This document shows positions 46,241 through 57,951 of a DNA stretch of 64,000 nt, piece by piece. Position 1 is the stretch's first letter. The number at the start of each line of letters is the position of its first letter. Source of the stretch: the human T2T-CHM13v2.0 reference genome, Homo sapiens; NCBI RefSeq assembly GCF_009914755.1, contig NC_060927.1. One strand, 5' to 3'. The position numbers and the translations under genes were made by a program. The notes under the pieces are model-generated. The model was not told the origin of the DNA, made no database searches, and was given only the letters and a program-made list of their open reading frames with translations.

Positions 46241-46246
46241 TTTAAT
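46241..46246 (-). terminator. Candidate proximal polyadenylation signal ATTAAA for BDH1
   Basis: tttaat on + strand, ~290 nt after the stop, in AT-rich context. Confidence 0.55.
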
Positions 46247-46538
46247 ATAAAGATGTTTTCTTAAAATCTCTGTATGAAATTATCTCCGGAGAGATAGATT
46301 CACCATGTTTGCCCTGAGATTTAGAGGCCTCTGCCTGCCACTCCACACCCTGTTTGTGAAGGCCCAAGTCACTCACTATGCAAAGAAGTCATTCCCTCTA
46401 GTTAGTGTTAAAACCAGTTATGGGTCTTCCTGGCATGGTGGATAATCCACACGTGGATAATCAAGAGTTGACTATATGGGTTCCTCCCTCCCCTCCCCTT
46501 CCACCAGGGATCCCTGACAGAGGCCACAGCGAGACTCT

Positions 46539-47008
46539 TCAGCGGATGTAGATCATGTCGGAGATGGCTCCAGGCAAGTGGGTCATGATCTGCATTCGCA
46601 GCCACCAGTAGTAGTCCATGGGGTGGTAGCGGGTGTAGGGGGTGGTGGCGGTCAGGGCGTGTGTGACAGCATCGATGACAGGGGACGTGTCTGTGGAGCC
46701 ACTGCTGCAGTAGGTCTCCATCTTGGCGATCTTTTCATCAAAGTACTTCTTGCCGTAGTCCTTGCGCACGACCTCAGGCAGCTCCTCCCACATCTTCTTG
46801 GCGATGGCCTGAATGCTCTCAGGGCTGTAAAGGCTGGTGGCAGCGATGAAGTTGCCGGGCTCCACCACGCTGACCTTCACGCCCAGGGGGTACATCTCAT
46901 AGCGCAGGCAGTCCGAGAAAGCCTCTACCCCGAACTTGGTGATGCAGTACGGGGAGCGGGCCGGGTTGGCCATGCGGCCCAGCATGCTGCTGATATTGAC
47001 GACGCGGC
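46539..47008 (-). CDS. BDH1: BDH1 last coding exon ([31 protein letters not shown]...SDMIYIR*)
   Basis: Acceptor ctccctctgtag|GCCGCGTC. Catalytic Ser region (NISS) and YxxxK (YCITK). TGA stop at 46539-46541. Confidence 0.97.
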
Positions 47009-47931
47009 CTACAGAGGGAGACAGAGGTACCTGCTAAGCCGTTACTGCCCTATGACACAGCGGGCAGAAGTCTGGCATGTCTCTAGAGGCTTGGCTGGAA
47101 CCACTTCTGAGCCACCCAGGAGCCTTCTCAGTCAATAGGCAAGGCCAGCTCAGGCCCACGCATCAGCATCGGCACCCCTGGTCTTCCCTGGGAACCTGGC
47201 TGTGCCAGGCAGGACAGGGGAGGACAAGTGAGTGAGAAGCAGCAGGGCACAGTGTAATGGGCAACACGCAACTGACTCAAAAACCAGATCAAGCCCGATG
47301 CGGTGATAATTTGGGGTGAAAACACGAGGGGAGAAGTGGGAGGCGAGACAGCTGTCTGTGTGGATCTGAGCTTTCACTATAGGCAAGGTCTGGTGCTGGT
47401 GAGGGAGAAATACAGCCTGAAAGCTTCCCCTTCCCCTTATGGAGCTTAAAGTCCAGCTCCAGTAGTACGACGTGCAGATAAGTAGCACACTAGGGCCAAG
47501 TGTCTAGCCACTGACAGCAGCCCTGGCGATGGGGGTTGGAGTGCAGACGAGGAAGTACCTGGGGCTGCAGCTGGGAGGGAGCCCCGGGACAGCCCTGAAA
47601 GAGGACAGGACCCGTGCTGTTAGGCCCAACTCCCCAACTCCATTCCACCCTGGTAGGGTGGAGCCTGGGTGGAGACCAGGACCGCCTGGCAAACAGAGCA
47701 GCAGGCAGGGGCAGGGGCAGGATTTCTGAACCTGACTTCAGGGCTAGGATATGAGGAGAGAGTCCTGGGCACTGGGAGAGTGTGGTGATCCCCCTCCAAA
47801 GGCCACAGGCCCAGCCTGGGGGCATCAGGGGCCTCCCACAGCTCCTCCTGGCCCTGGGAACAGAGGGGTTGGAAGTGGATTGCATTTGGCCCAGCCCGGG
47901 AAGCCGAGGCGGATCTGGGACCAGTTTTCCT

Positions 47932-48217
47932 GGGAGGGAACTCAGCCCATCCAGGTGTGTCCCGGGGAGGGCACTCAGCCCATCCAGGTGTGTCCCCGGG
48001 AGGGCACTCAGCCCATCCAGGTGTGCCCCCGGGAGGGCACTCAGCCCATCCAGGTGTGCCCCCGGGAGGGCCCTCAGCCCATCCAGGTGTGCCCCCGGGA
48101 GGGCACTCAGCCCATCCAGGTGTGCCCCCGGGAGGGCACTCAGCCCATCCAGGTGTGTCCCCGGGAGGGCACTCAGCCCATCCAGGTGTGTCCCCGGGAG
48201 GGAACTCAGCCCATCCT
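47932..48217. repeat. Minisatellite, 33-bp unit, ~8.6 copies, last BDH1 intron
   Basis: GGGAGGGCACTCAGCCCATCCAGGTGTGYCCCC repeated. Confidence 0.95.
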
Positions 48218-48907
48218 GGGGGAGGCACCTTTCAGAAAGCTCTAAATTTGAAGTCACTGAAGGGTTGGGGTTTCCATCTAAAATCCTACAGCTGCAGTCT
48301 GTGTTCATGCTTGTTGTTGCTAGGACTTCACCATAGATGTATGGATCTTACCCTTTTTGCCACAATTGTTTGCTATGCCAGAGAAAAAAATCCAAGTCAA
48401 TGACTTCTAAAGTGGTTTGCTCACATTTGGCCACCCACATGGTTTGGGTGTTTTGTTGGTTTTCCAAATTTCTAATCTTGATTTTTACTATTGTTCCCTA
48501 ATACCACAATGATCTCATTTTTTAAACTACGATATAAATAACCCATAGAATGAATATGCCAGATTTTACTAACCACACCTGACTGATACAAAGATGTGTA
48601 CACACAGCTTTGTGCAAAGGGTGATTCTCTCTATAGATTAGGTGTGCAGAGTGGATGGCTGCTCAACTCTTTAAGCTTTTGCTGCATGGACCACTGACCT
48701 CTTACCTGCTCTGCTTCCTCCTCCCCTACCCGGCCACAGCCCCTCTGCCCACCATCACCCCAGGCCCAGCATAGTCCCTGGGATTCACGAGCTCACCTCT
48801 GCTGAGTTGTGGACATTGGAGCTGCTGGGACAGGTATTTCCATTCTGAGCAAAGATGAACACGTGGGGCAGGTTCAGGGGCAGGAGGGAGCTCCCTTTCC
48901 CACTCAC

Positions 48908-49060
48908 CTTTGGCCCTTCGGATGAGGGGGAGAAAGGATTTCGTCATCCGCACTGTGCCCCAAAGGTTCACTTCTGCCACCTGCTTGTAGGTCTCCAGGC
49001 TGGTGAACTCCACCTCCCCGAACGTTGAGATGCCGGCATTGTTAACGAGGCCCCACATGC
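48908..49060 (-). CDS. BDH1: BDH1 penultimate coding exon ([52 protein letters not shown])
   Basis: Acceptor tcctgtccag|GCATGTGG and donor GCCAAAG|gtgagt. 153 nt. Contains the SDR NNAG motif. Confidence 0.96.
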
Positions 49061-50387
49061 CTGGACAGGAGAGGGATAGATGTGCATTTACCACATGGGC
49101 TTGGCCCAGACATTGCCCATCAGCCTGCAGGCCAGCCTCCTCTCTGCTTCTTTCCTGTGACTTCCCAGCCTCTCGCCCAGTGCTCTCAAGAAACTTTCTA
49201 GAGTCACTCAGGAACGACAGGAGGTAAAGAGGCCTAAAGTGCTGACTGCAGCCCTCCCTTGCGTCTAGAATGTCCAGTCCTCACGTCACATCTGCCTGGC
49301 TCGAGTCTCTGGGCCCATCATGACCCAGCCTGCCGTGTCCCCCGGCCTTCAGTCTCACCTCACCTCAAATTCCCACTTCCACTCCACTCCACCCCATCCC
49401 ATCCCCACACCCTGAGTTTGAGTTTCACGCCCCGTTCCTGTTTACTCATCTCTGCCCTTGAGCTTTTGCTCACGTCTTCTCTTCTCTTGCCAGAAGCCAG
49501 GGAAATCACAGGGGAGGTGGGCACGAGGAGGCAGCTGTGTTTTGCAGGGACCTCTCTGAGTTCAGTTTGTTGGGGTGCAAAGGCTGGATGGGTCAGAGCC
49601 TCAGGACAGAGCTGGGCCCTGCCTCTTTGTTGTGGAAACCCTCAGTGTTTGGTCTCCCGGGCCGATAGCCCCGTGCTCCTTCCCAAGGCACAGCCTCAGA
49701 GCAGAGCTCCCATCCTGGGGCCCTCCCCTGCCTGTGGGAACTCGGCGCTGCTTTATTTTCCAAGTTAATCATGGAAATGAGTTTGTGTAAATGACAGAGT
49801 AATTGGTCTCTAGCTGCTTTCCTTCCGTGTTACCCAAATTAAAGCTTCATTCACTGCCCTCTGGTGCCTTCTCCTTCAATTATGGAGAATTAAGGGCATT
49901 TATTAGGGAAAGGAAATTGCTGGTTAACAGAGTGTCCATGAAGAGCTCACTCCCACTCTCCACCAAAGCCTTGCGGGTGTCTCCCTGCTCTAGGTCTCAC
50001 CTGTGACCTCGCTCAGATGCTAATGACAGGATCAGCGTCATCCACGACCCCACAGCTCCCACTGTCTCCCTGCAGACGCGCCCTGAGTCTTCACCTTCTT
50101 CTCTTCCCAGGAGGAGCAGCAGGCCACTCCCCACCCGTCATGGCTGACACTTCCACGTCATCTTCGAGACCATAGCCACTGATCCTTCTCTCTCTTTTAC
50201 ACAATTTCAGCTTTTCCACTGCCCATGACTCCATCCCTTCAGTTCTATACACATTAGGAGCTCAACAAATGTGTGTTAGATGAATGAGTGTCCACAAATA
50301 CCGCATTTCCATATCCCGAAGATCCTTCTGTAACTGTGCTACCTGCTCTCCCTCCCTCCACGCCAGGCTTCCAAGAACTCTATCCTG

Positions 50388-50532
50388 TAATACAAAGATT
50401 AGCCGGGTGTGGTGGCGGGCACCTGTAGTCCCAGCTACTCGGGAGGCTGAGGCAGGAAAATCTCTTGAACCCAGGAGGCAGAGGTTGCAATGAGCCGGAT
50501 CATGCCACGGCACTCCAGCCTGGGTGACAGAG
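50388..50532 (+). mobile_element. Alu right monomer (5'-truncated)
   Basis: aatacaaagattagccgggtgtggtggc...ccagcctgggtgacagagc. Confidence 0.9.
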
Positions 50533-50542
50533 CACGCACACA

Positions 50543-50573
<31 letters not shown>
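50532..50573. repeat. (CA)n(CG)7 compound microsatellite at an Alu tail
   Basis: gcacgcacaca...cacgcgcgcgcgcgcgc. Confidence 0.92.
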
Positions 50574-51832
50574 TCTATCCTCTCCATCTCCCTTCCATAC
50601 CACACTGGGTCCCAGCCCTCAGCTGTCCTGACCACGCAGTCTCCAGGGTCTCCAGGGTGGTACACCAAGGACCTCACCCCCAGTCTTCACTCTCCTCAGG
50701 CTCGCTACGATATGAGTACTGCCAGTACTCCTTGAGGCTCACCTCTCCCTCAGCATTAGTGATACCCAGGCATCTCCTGCATCTTCCCTGACACCTTTCT
50801 TTCACCTGCCCCCAGATACAAGTGGCCCCCAATGTCCTGGCCTAATCCTGCTCCTCTCAAAGTACACTTAACTCTTAGGTGTCCTCATCTTCTTCATGTT
50901 TGTGAATTTTGCAGCCGTTTTGTGTTTGATTCATAACGGACAATATCCCATGACTTAAAATGCATACAGCCCTTTCTCTACCTAAAAATAAAACAATGAC
51001 ATTTGACGCTACTATCCAAAAAAGTTTAATGAAACATGACCTGTGAAAGTGCACAGCCCCTGGATTACAGCTTTAATGAGTGTTGAGAGTGGTGGACCTA
51101 GTTGCCATCTGGAATCCTCAGCCAATGTTCTGAATAAACTCACGGAGGCATGCCCGCTGGTTGGGTGACAGCAACTTTCCTGTAACATCCCCAAGATCGC
51201 CTCCGCACCAGTGGCCCCTCAGTTCTCCTTGGGAGTCACGGCTCTCTCTCCTCATCCCATCTCCTGTCTCGCTTCCACCTGAATGTCCCACGGGTCCCTG
51301 ACTCACCCTAACCACAACCAACACGTCAAGTTTCCAAGCTGCCCAAGCCTGCTCCTCCTCTTTGTTAATGATTTTACTTTTGTCTGTGACTCCTCCAGCT
51401 CCTCCACCCCTCCCCCACCTACTGAGTCACCCAGTACTGCTAATATTACAGCTCAAGATCAACATGACAGCTGGCAGACCCCTAATCAAGCCCTTTACAT
51501 TCATTAACTTCCCTGATCCTCACAACCACCCTGGAAAATAGATCCTAAATTGTCTCATATCCGGTTGAGGCAACTGAAGCTCAGAGAGGTTAAGCACCTT
51601 GGTCAATGTCACCCAGCTAACAGGCAGGGAGGGTGGGATTTGGACCCAGATCTCTCTGAGGACAAAGTCCCCACGCCCCAGGCTGTTGCTGGTTTCCTCT
51701 GCTGGGTCAGTTCTTCCTTCCTGTTTCCACTAGCATTCCCTTGGGTCCTCGCTGCCTGTCTCCTGGGCTGCTGGAGAAGCCTCCTGGGTCTGTTTGTCTC
51801 ACTCACTCCTCCACCTCCGTCTTCACCCCACC

Positions 51833-53785
51833 CCTCAGGCAGACCCATCAGTCACTTCCTGCTCTATGGTCTCCATCCCCCCTCAGGCCGACCCCCGCAT
51901 CAGTCATTTCCTGCTCTATGGTCTCCATCCCCCCCTCAGGCCGACCCCCGCATCAGTCATTTCCTGCTCTATGGTCTCCATCCCCCCCTCAGGCCGACCC
52001 CATCAGTCACTTCCTGCTGTATGTCTCCATCCCCTCCTCAGGCTGACCCCCCCACCCCATCAGTCATTTCCTGCTCTATGGTCTCCATCCCCCCTCAGGC
52101 CGACCCCCTCATCAGTCATTTCCTGCTCTATGGTCTCAATCCCCCTTCAGGCCGACCCCCCCATCAGTCACTTCCTGCTCTATGGTCTCCATCCCCCTTC
52201 AGGCCGACCCCCCCATCAGTCACTTCCTGCTCTATGGTCTCCATCCCCCCTCAGGCCGACCCCCCCAATCAGTCACTTCCTGCTCTATGGTCTCCATCCC
52301 CCTTCAGGCCGACCCCCCCATCAGTCACTTCCTGCTCTATGGTCTCCATCCCCCCTCAGGCCAACCCCCTCATCAGTCATTTCCTGCTCTATGGTCTCCA
52401 TCCCCCTTCAGGCCGACCCCCCCATCAGTCACTTCCTGCTCTATGGTCTCCATCTCCCCCTCAGGCTGACCCCCCCAATCAGTCACTTCCTGCTCTATGG
52501 TCTCCATCTCCCCCTCAGGCTGACCCCCCCCATCAGTCACTTCCTGCTCTATGGTCTCCATCTCCCCCTCAGGCTGACCCCCCCCAATCAGTCACTTCCT
52601 GCTCTATGGTCTCCATCTCCCCCTCAGGCTGACCCCCCCAATCAGTCACTTCCTGCTCTATGGTCTCCATCTCCCCCTCAGGCTGACCCCCCCCATCAGT
52701 CACTTCCTGCTCTATGGTCTCCATCTCCTCATCAGGCTGACCCCCCCCAATCAGTCACTTCCTGCTCTATGGTCTCCATCCCCCCTCAGGCCGACCGCCC
52801 CCCATCAGTCACTTCCTGCTCTATGGTCTCCATCTCCCCCTCAGGCTGACCCCCCCAATCAGTCACTTCCTGCTCTATGGTCTCCATCTCCCCCTCAGGC
52901 TGACCCCCCCCAATCAGTCACTTCCTGCTCTATGGTCTCCATCTCCCCTCAGGCCGACCCCCCCCCATCAGTCACTTCCTGCTCTATGGTCTCCATCCCC
53001 CCTCAGGCCGACCCCCCCCATCAGTCACTTCCTGCTCTATGGACTCCATCCCCCCCTCAGGCCGACCTCCCCGATCAGTCACTTCCTGCTCTATGGTCTC
53101 CATCTCCCCCTCAGGCTGACCCCCCCGATCAGTCACTTCCTGCTCTATGGTCTCCATCCCCCCCTCAGGCCGACCCCCCCGATCAGTCACTTCCTGCTCT
53201 ATGGTCTCCATCTCCCCCTCAGGCTGACCCCCCCAATCAGTCACTTCCTGCTCTATGGTCTCCATCCCCCCTCAGGCCGACCCCCCCCATCAGTCACTTC
53301 CTGCTCTATGGTCTCCATCCCCCCTCAGGCTGACCCCCCCCATCAGTCACTTCCTGCTCTATGGACTCCATCCCCCCTCAGGCCGACCCCCCCCCATCAG
53401 TCACTTCCTGCTCTATGGACTCCATCCCCTCCTCAGGCCGACCCCCCCCATCAGTCACTTCCTGCTCTATGGTCTCCATCCCCTCCTCAGGCCGACCCCC
53501 CTCATCAGTCACTTCCTGCTCTATGGTCTCCATCCCCCCTCAGGCTGACCTCCCCGCCCCATCAGTCACTTCCTGCTCTATGGTCTCCATCCCCCCCTCA
53601 GTCACTTCCTGCTCTATGGTCTCCATCCCCCCTCAGGCCGACCCCCCAATCAGTCACTTCCTGCTCTATGGTCTCCATCCCCCGCTCAGGCACCCCCCAT
53701 CAGTCACTTCCTGCTCTATGGTCTCCATCCCCTCCTCAGGTGGATCCCCCCATCAGTCACTTCCTGCTCTGTGGTCTCCATCCCA
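51833..53785. repeat. Minisatellite/VNTR, ~53-bp unit, roughly 36-37 copies, BDH1 intron
   Basis: Repeated CATCAGTCACTTCCTGCTCTATGGTCTCCATC-Cn-TCAGGCYGA-Cn with variable C-run lengths. Confidence 0.97.
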
Positions 53786-54022
53786 CAGCATGGTAGGCCA
53801 GGCCTTTTCCAAGCTTCTCCCTTACTCCTCCACATATGTTCTGCTGCCTGTCAGCCTGCGAGCAGCTTGTGTTGAAATTCTTCCCATGCTCTTGTAGTGG
53901 TCTGATCCAGGCATGAGTGCTGGACGGCTCAGAGCACTCTCCCACTTCACAGATGGGCAAGCTGAGACCCACACAGGGGGCAGGTGCAAGCCCAAGATCA
54001 CATTTCTAATAAGTGAAGCCCA

Positions 54023-54314
<292 letters not shown>

Positions 54315-55999
54315 TTAATTAATTAATTAATTAATGTTGACTGACTGACTGGTAAGTGATGTGCCAAGATCAGGCCATGCCCACGGCCTGCTCTCGGGCC
54401 CACTGGCTCGGTGTCCCCTGGGGTGGGGACAGGGAGGGCTGGTCCCAGGCTCCAGATGTCCTGTCCCTCAGCGTCCTGCGGGGGTCGGGGCCGGTGGCAG
54501 ATGGCTCTGTGGCTCTCACCAGACAATCTCCTTCATCTCGCCCCCGTGGCTGGCTCCCCGGGCTTTGGCAGCAACTGTTCCACAGAGCCAGGCTGCAGGG
54601 CGTCAAACTCGCCAACCAAATGTGCCCCCCCGGTGGAGAAGGGGAAGAGGACCCTTCTGACATGTCCTGCATGGGGTGTGGGTCGGTGGCGGCCACTGCG
54701 GGTCGGAACGCTCTGGGAGGGTGCTCCCTGGAGTTCACAGCCGGCATTGCCTGAGGGGGAATTGCCAAGGCAAGGCCAAGACATGGCAGAGTGGCAGAGT
54801 GTGGAGGGGAAGCAGGGAGAGGGAGGAGAGGGAGACGGGAAGAAAGCGAGAGCAGGAGATGGGGGACACGCCACTGCATATCTGACGGATGTACTGTTTT
54901 CTTCAGACCTAAAAGTCTTCAAATCCTTTTCCAAAAAAAAAAAATGCAGTATCGGTTAAGGAAGTTGATGGTGAGAGGTTCATCCAGCCCTCCGGAATGC
55001 CCGGCGTGGGAAAAGCAGCAGGGAAAGGTCTGCGCGTCAGGCTGGTGCTGGGGTTGGAGCCCAGATCCCCGGGCAGGGGGTGAGTGCCTCCCCTCTGTGT
55101 GGGCCGGGGCCCACCCTGCCTTGTAGGTTAGGCTGCCTGGCCAGTCCAGTACAGACAATGGAAGTGATTCTGCCCCAGAGTCAGGGGGGCAGGGGACGAG
55201 GACCGCCAGCCTGAGCAAGCCGGCCTGGTGCGTTCTCTGCTTGGGTCTCCGGTGATGACGCCTTTCCACGGGCATTTTAGATCACCACAAAACCCACGCT
55301 ATAATCAAGTGGCTTTATGGTGCCGATGCAGCTGTTTTCCTGCCCAGTAGTTTATGAAGGAAAATATAGCAGCTGCCCAGGGAAGGTGGGAGGGAGGAGA
55401 ATTTACCGCCAGGGAAGGGCGAAGCAGGCTGCAGGTTCTGAGCCGGTAATCACCCCAGCGGGACCCATCCTGCCTTTTCTTAATGGGCTGGCTCTGCCTG
55501 TTAATTATTAAACAGATGTTCAGCGAGAACAGAGAACAGAGAGGCCTGTGAATGGCCTGTTGGGAGGATGGGAGCGACAGTGGGCTGATGAGGTGGCACA
55601 TCAGAGACAGGCAGAGGAGCGGCATCACCGACAGCCACACACGCAGCCTCTGAGGCAGCTGCTGTGACAGACAGCACATCCATCTGGCTGATACAGGCTC
55701 AGCAGAGCTCCCCGCATGGGATCTGGTCACTCCTGCCTTTTCCGCCTCCTTCCCCAGCCACTGAAGTAGCTGCTCCTGAGAGCTGCCCCACCCCATTCTG
55801 AGGGAAAGCAGAGGCCTGAATGACGCACACCCTTTCTGCCTGGGCTGTCAGGGAGCTCAAAGGTAAACTTCATAGATTCGCTTCTCCAGATGCTGCTGGG
55901 CGGCCCGGCTCCAGGGAGCTCCATCCCCCACTGCTGTATTCTACATGAATGGCACCCCGAGGTTGCAGACAGAGCTCCTCCCACAAGGCCCTCCACTGG

Positions 56000-57040
56000 C
56001 TGAACTGGAAGGATATTTTAGTCCTTATGCTACTGGAACTTTCTGTAGCTTTTGACCCTGTTGGCTACTGGTACTGCCCTCTCCTCCAAACTTTCTGTTG
56101 TTTAGCCTCTGGGGAACTGTATCCAACCTCTCTGACAGCTGCCTCTCCCCCTCCTCTGATCCCCGAACACTCACATTCCCAGGGGTCCCTCTGTGCATCT
56201 CCCCGACTCCCAGTGTCACCTGCCGTGGGCACCTGCTCTTCTAGCCTGGACATTCCCTCAGGGTGGGCGCTTCAGTGTCTCCCTATCTCCCCACCTGCTC
56301 CTGCAGTGCGGGGCACCAGGTGTCCAGGACAGAGACTTCGCGCCTCACCTCATCCCCACATCCAAGTCACCAAGTCCAGGCAGCTTCGCCTTCTCAACAC
56401 TCCTCGCACCTGACCCTTCCTGTTTCCCAACACCTACCACCCTAGTTCCGGAGTCCAGAACCCATGTTTAACTCCCGCTTTGAATCCACCTTCACATTGC
56501 CACTGCCATCCTCAGAGGGAGATTCACAAGTCTCACAATGACCAGGCCATTCCCTCAGGATGACCCCTTCAGTGGCTCCCCAGTGCCATTGGGAGACCAG
56601 CCATGTTCCCTCGCCTGGGATCCAAGACCTCCCTCCCCAACCTCCTTTGCTGCCACCCCCTCTGCGTGACCTGACCCATGACTCATATTGAGGTGCCGGC
56701 TAATCCCACCACTTGACCAACAGCCCCCGCTACCCTCCCCGTGCTCCTCGAAGCTGTGGTTCCTGCTCTCCCCTCCTCTTGGAACAACCATATCTGCTCT
56801 CTGCCACAATCTGCCTTAACTGGCCTATTTCCACTGCGCCCCCATGGCTGGACTGACCCCTCCTTCCTGTGCTGCTCTGCCTCTCTCAATGCACGGCTCC
56901 CTGATTTTGAACTCAGTCCTCCGGCTGAACTATGAGGTCCTGGGGACAGAATGTGCCTTGACCATCTTTGTGTCCCTGGCACCCAACCCAGCTCCTGGGC
57001 CAGAGGGGGCATCAATGGGCATTGGCTGAACTGACCTGAA
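56000..57040 (+). mobile_element. L2 LINE fragments
   Basis: ccttatgctactggaactttctgtagcttttgaccctgttgg...; catccccacatccaagtcaccaagtcc...; 3' end gtccctggcacccaac. Confidence 0.6.
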
Positions 57041-57283
57041 TCAGTGCGTAGCCACCTAGCACTCCGTGAACTCTGAAATCACCTCCTGACTGTATTTTTC
57101 CATTGCCCTATTGCACGTGTATGTTTAGTGTAATCCTCTTCCTCCTACTGTGCAGGAGGAAGAGCCTAAACAATAAGGAAGGGAGTGTGGTGGCAGGATG
57201 CCAGCCAGTGGAAGGTGGTGTTCGGCAAGTGCCCCTTGGAATGGCCCCATACACAACCCCTGCCGTCCGAAGGGGCGCCCTAC

Positions 57284-57425
57284 CTTTCTCAGGGTCCTTC
57301 AGGCTCGAGCGGACAATCTCCACCACTTTCTCCACCTCTTCGCTGCTGCAGACATTGAGCTGGACGGTTCTCAATCGGTCACTGTTTAGGCTGTCCAGCT
57401 CCTTGACCCCATCATGGCCTTTGTC
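57284..57425 (-). CDS. BDH1: BDH1 coding exon, third from last ([48 protein letters not shown])
   Basis: Minus-strand acceptor ttctctcctccccag|GACAAAGGC and donor GAGAAAG|gtaggg. 142 nt, ends in phase 1, joins the next exon in frame. Peptide recognised as BDH1. Upstream exons lie beyond the window. Confidence 0.95.
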
Positions 57426-57696
57426 CTGGGGAGGAGAGAAGAGCTGCTTCTACCTCCTTCCTTCCCACCCTGAGGCAGACCCTGAGGACTCCTGTCAAGG
57501 CAGGAGCTGGCCTCAAGTCCCAGCCAAAGCCTCAGGCATACTGGCAACTGCCCATGGGCCTGGCCCACCAGCATGCGGTTCTTTTTAATCCTGAGCACTG
57601 ATGACCTATCAAGCATCAAGCTATGTGCCACAGACACAACCATGAATAGGATGAAGAGCCGGCCCCCAAGGCCTCAAGACAGGATTCCTTCTCCAA

Positions 57697-57951
57697 GCAG
57701 GGGTTGCAAACTTATGTGGGGCAGGCGGGGGCCCTGGGGAGTACAGGACATGTCAGGAATTACCACGTGGGGATGGAAACCCAGGGTTGCCAGATGCTTA
57801 CATTTTTAAGCTAGTAATTGGGAAATCTCTTCATTCTTTTAAGTGTTGGCAACTTACACACATTTAAAAAAAAAAACAAAAAAACACTGTGAAGGCCAAA
57901 GCACATCCACAGGCCACATAGGACCAGCAGGCTGCCAGTTTGCCACCTCTG
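57697..57951. mobile_element. hAT-Charlie MITE (MER103-like)
   Basis: Terminal inverted repeats caggggttgcaaact ... agtttgccacctctg; internal cagggttgccagat...gttggcaact. Confidence 0.65.

Noticed and set aside
46578-47138. 186-aa plus-strand ORF
   Set aside because: Antisense shadow of the BDH1 last exon.
47490-48403. Long repetitive ORFs on both strands (e.g. the 272-aa HLDGLSALPG repeat, superficially LRR-like)
   Set aside because: Produced by a stop-free 33-bp minisatellite inside a BDH1 intron; no splice or coding evidence.
48726-49094. ORF-track starts and ends for the BDH1 pieces (also 57108-57374 and 46539-46985)
   Set aside because: True boundaries are set by splice sites; the extra residues are intronic.
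51833-53785. CRISPR-like look (constant ~32-bp core plus variable linker) and 350-360 aa ORFs
   Set aside because: The linkers are the same C-rich sequence with slippage, not unique spacers. There are no cas genes and the context is a primate intron. The ORFs are low-complexity translations of the repeat.
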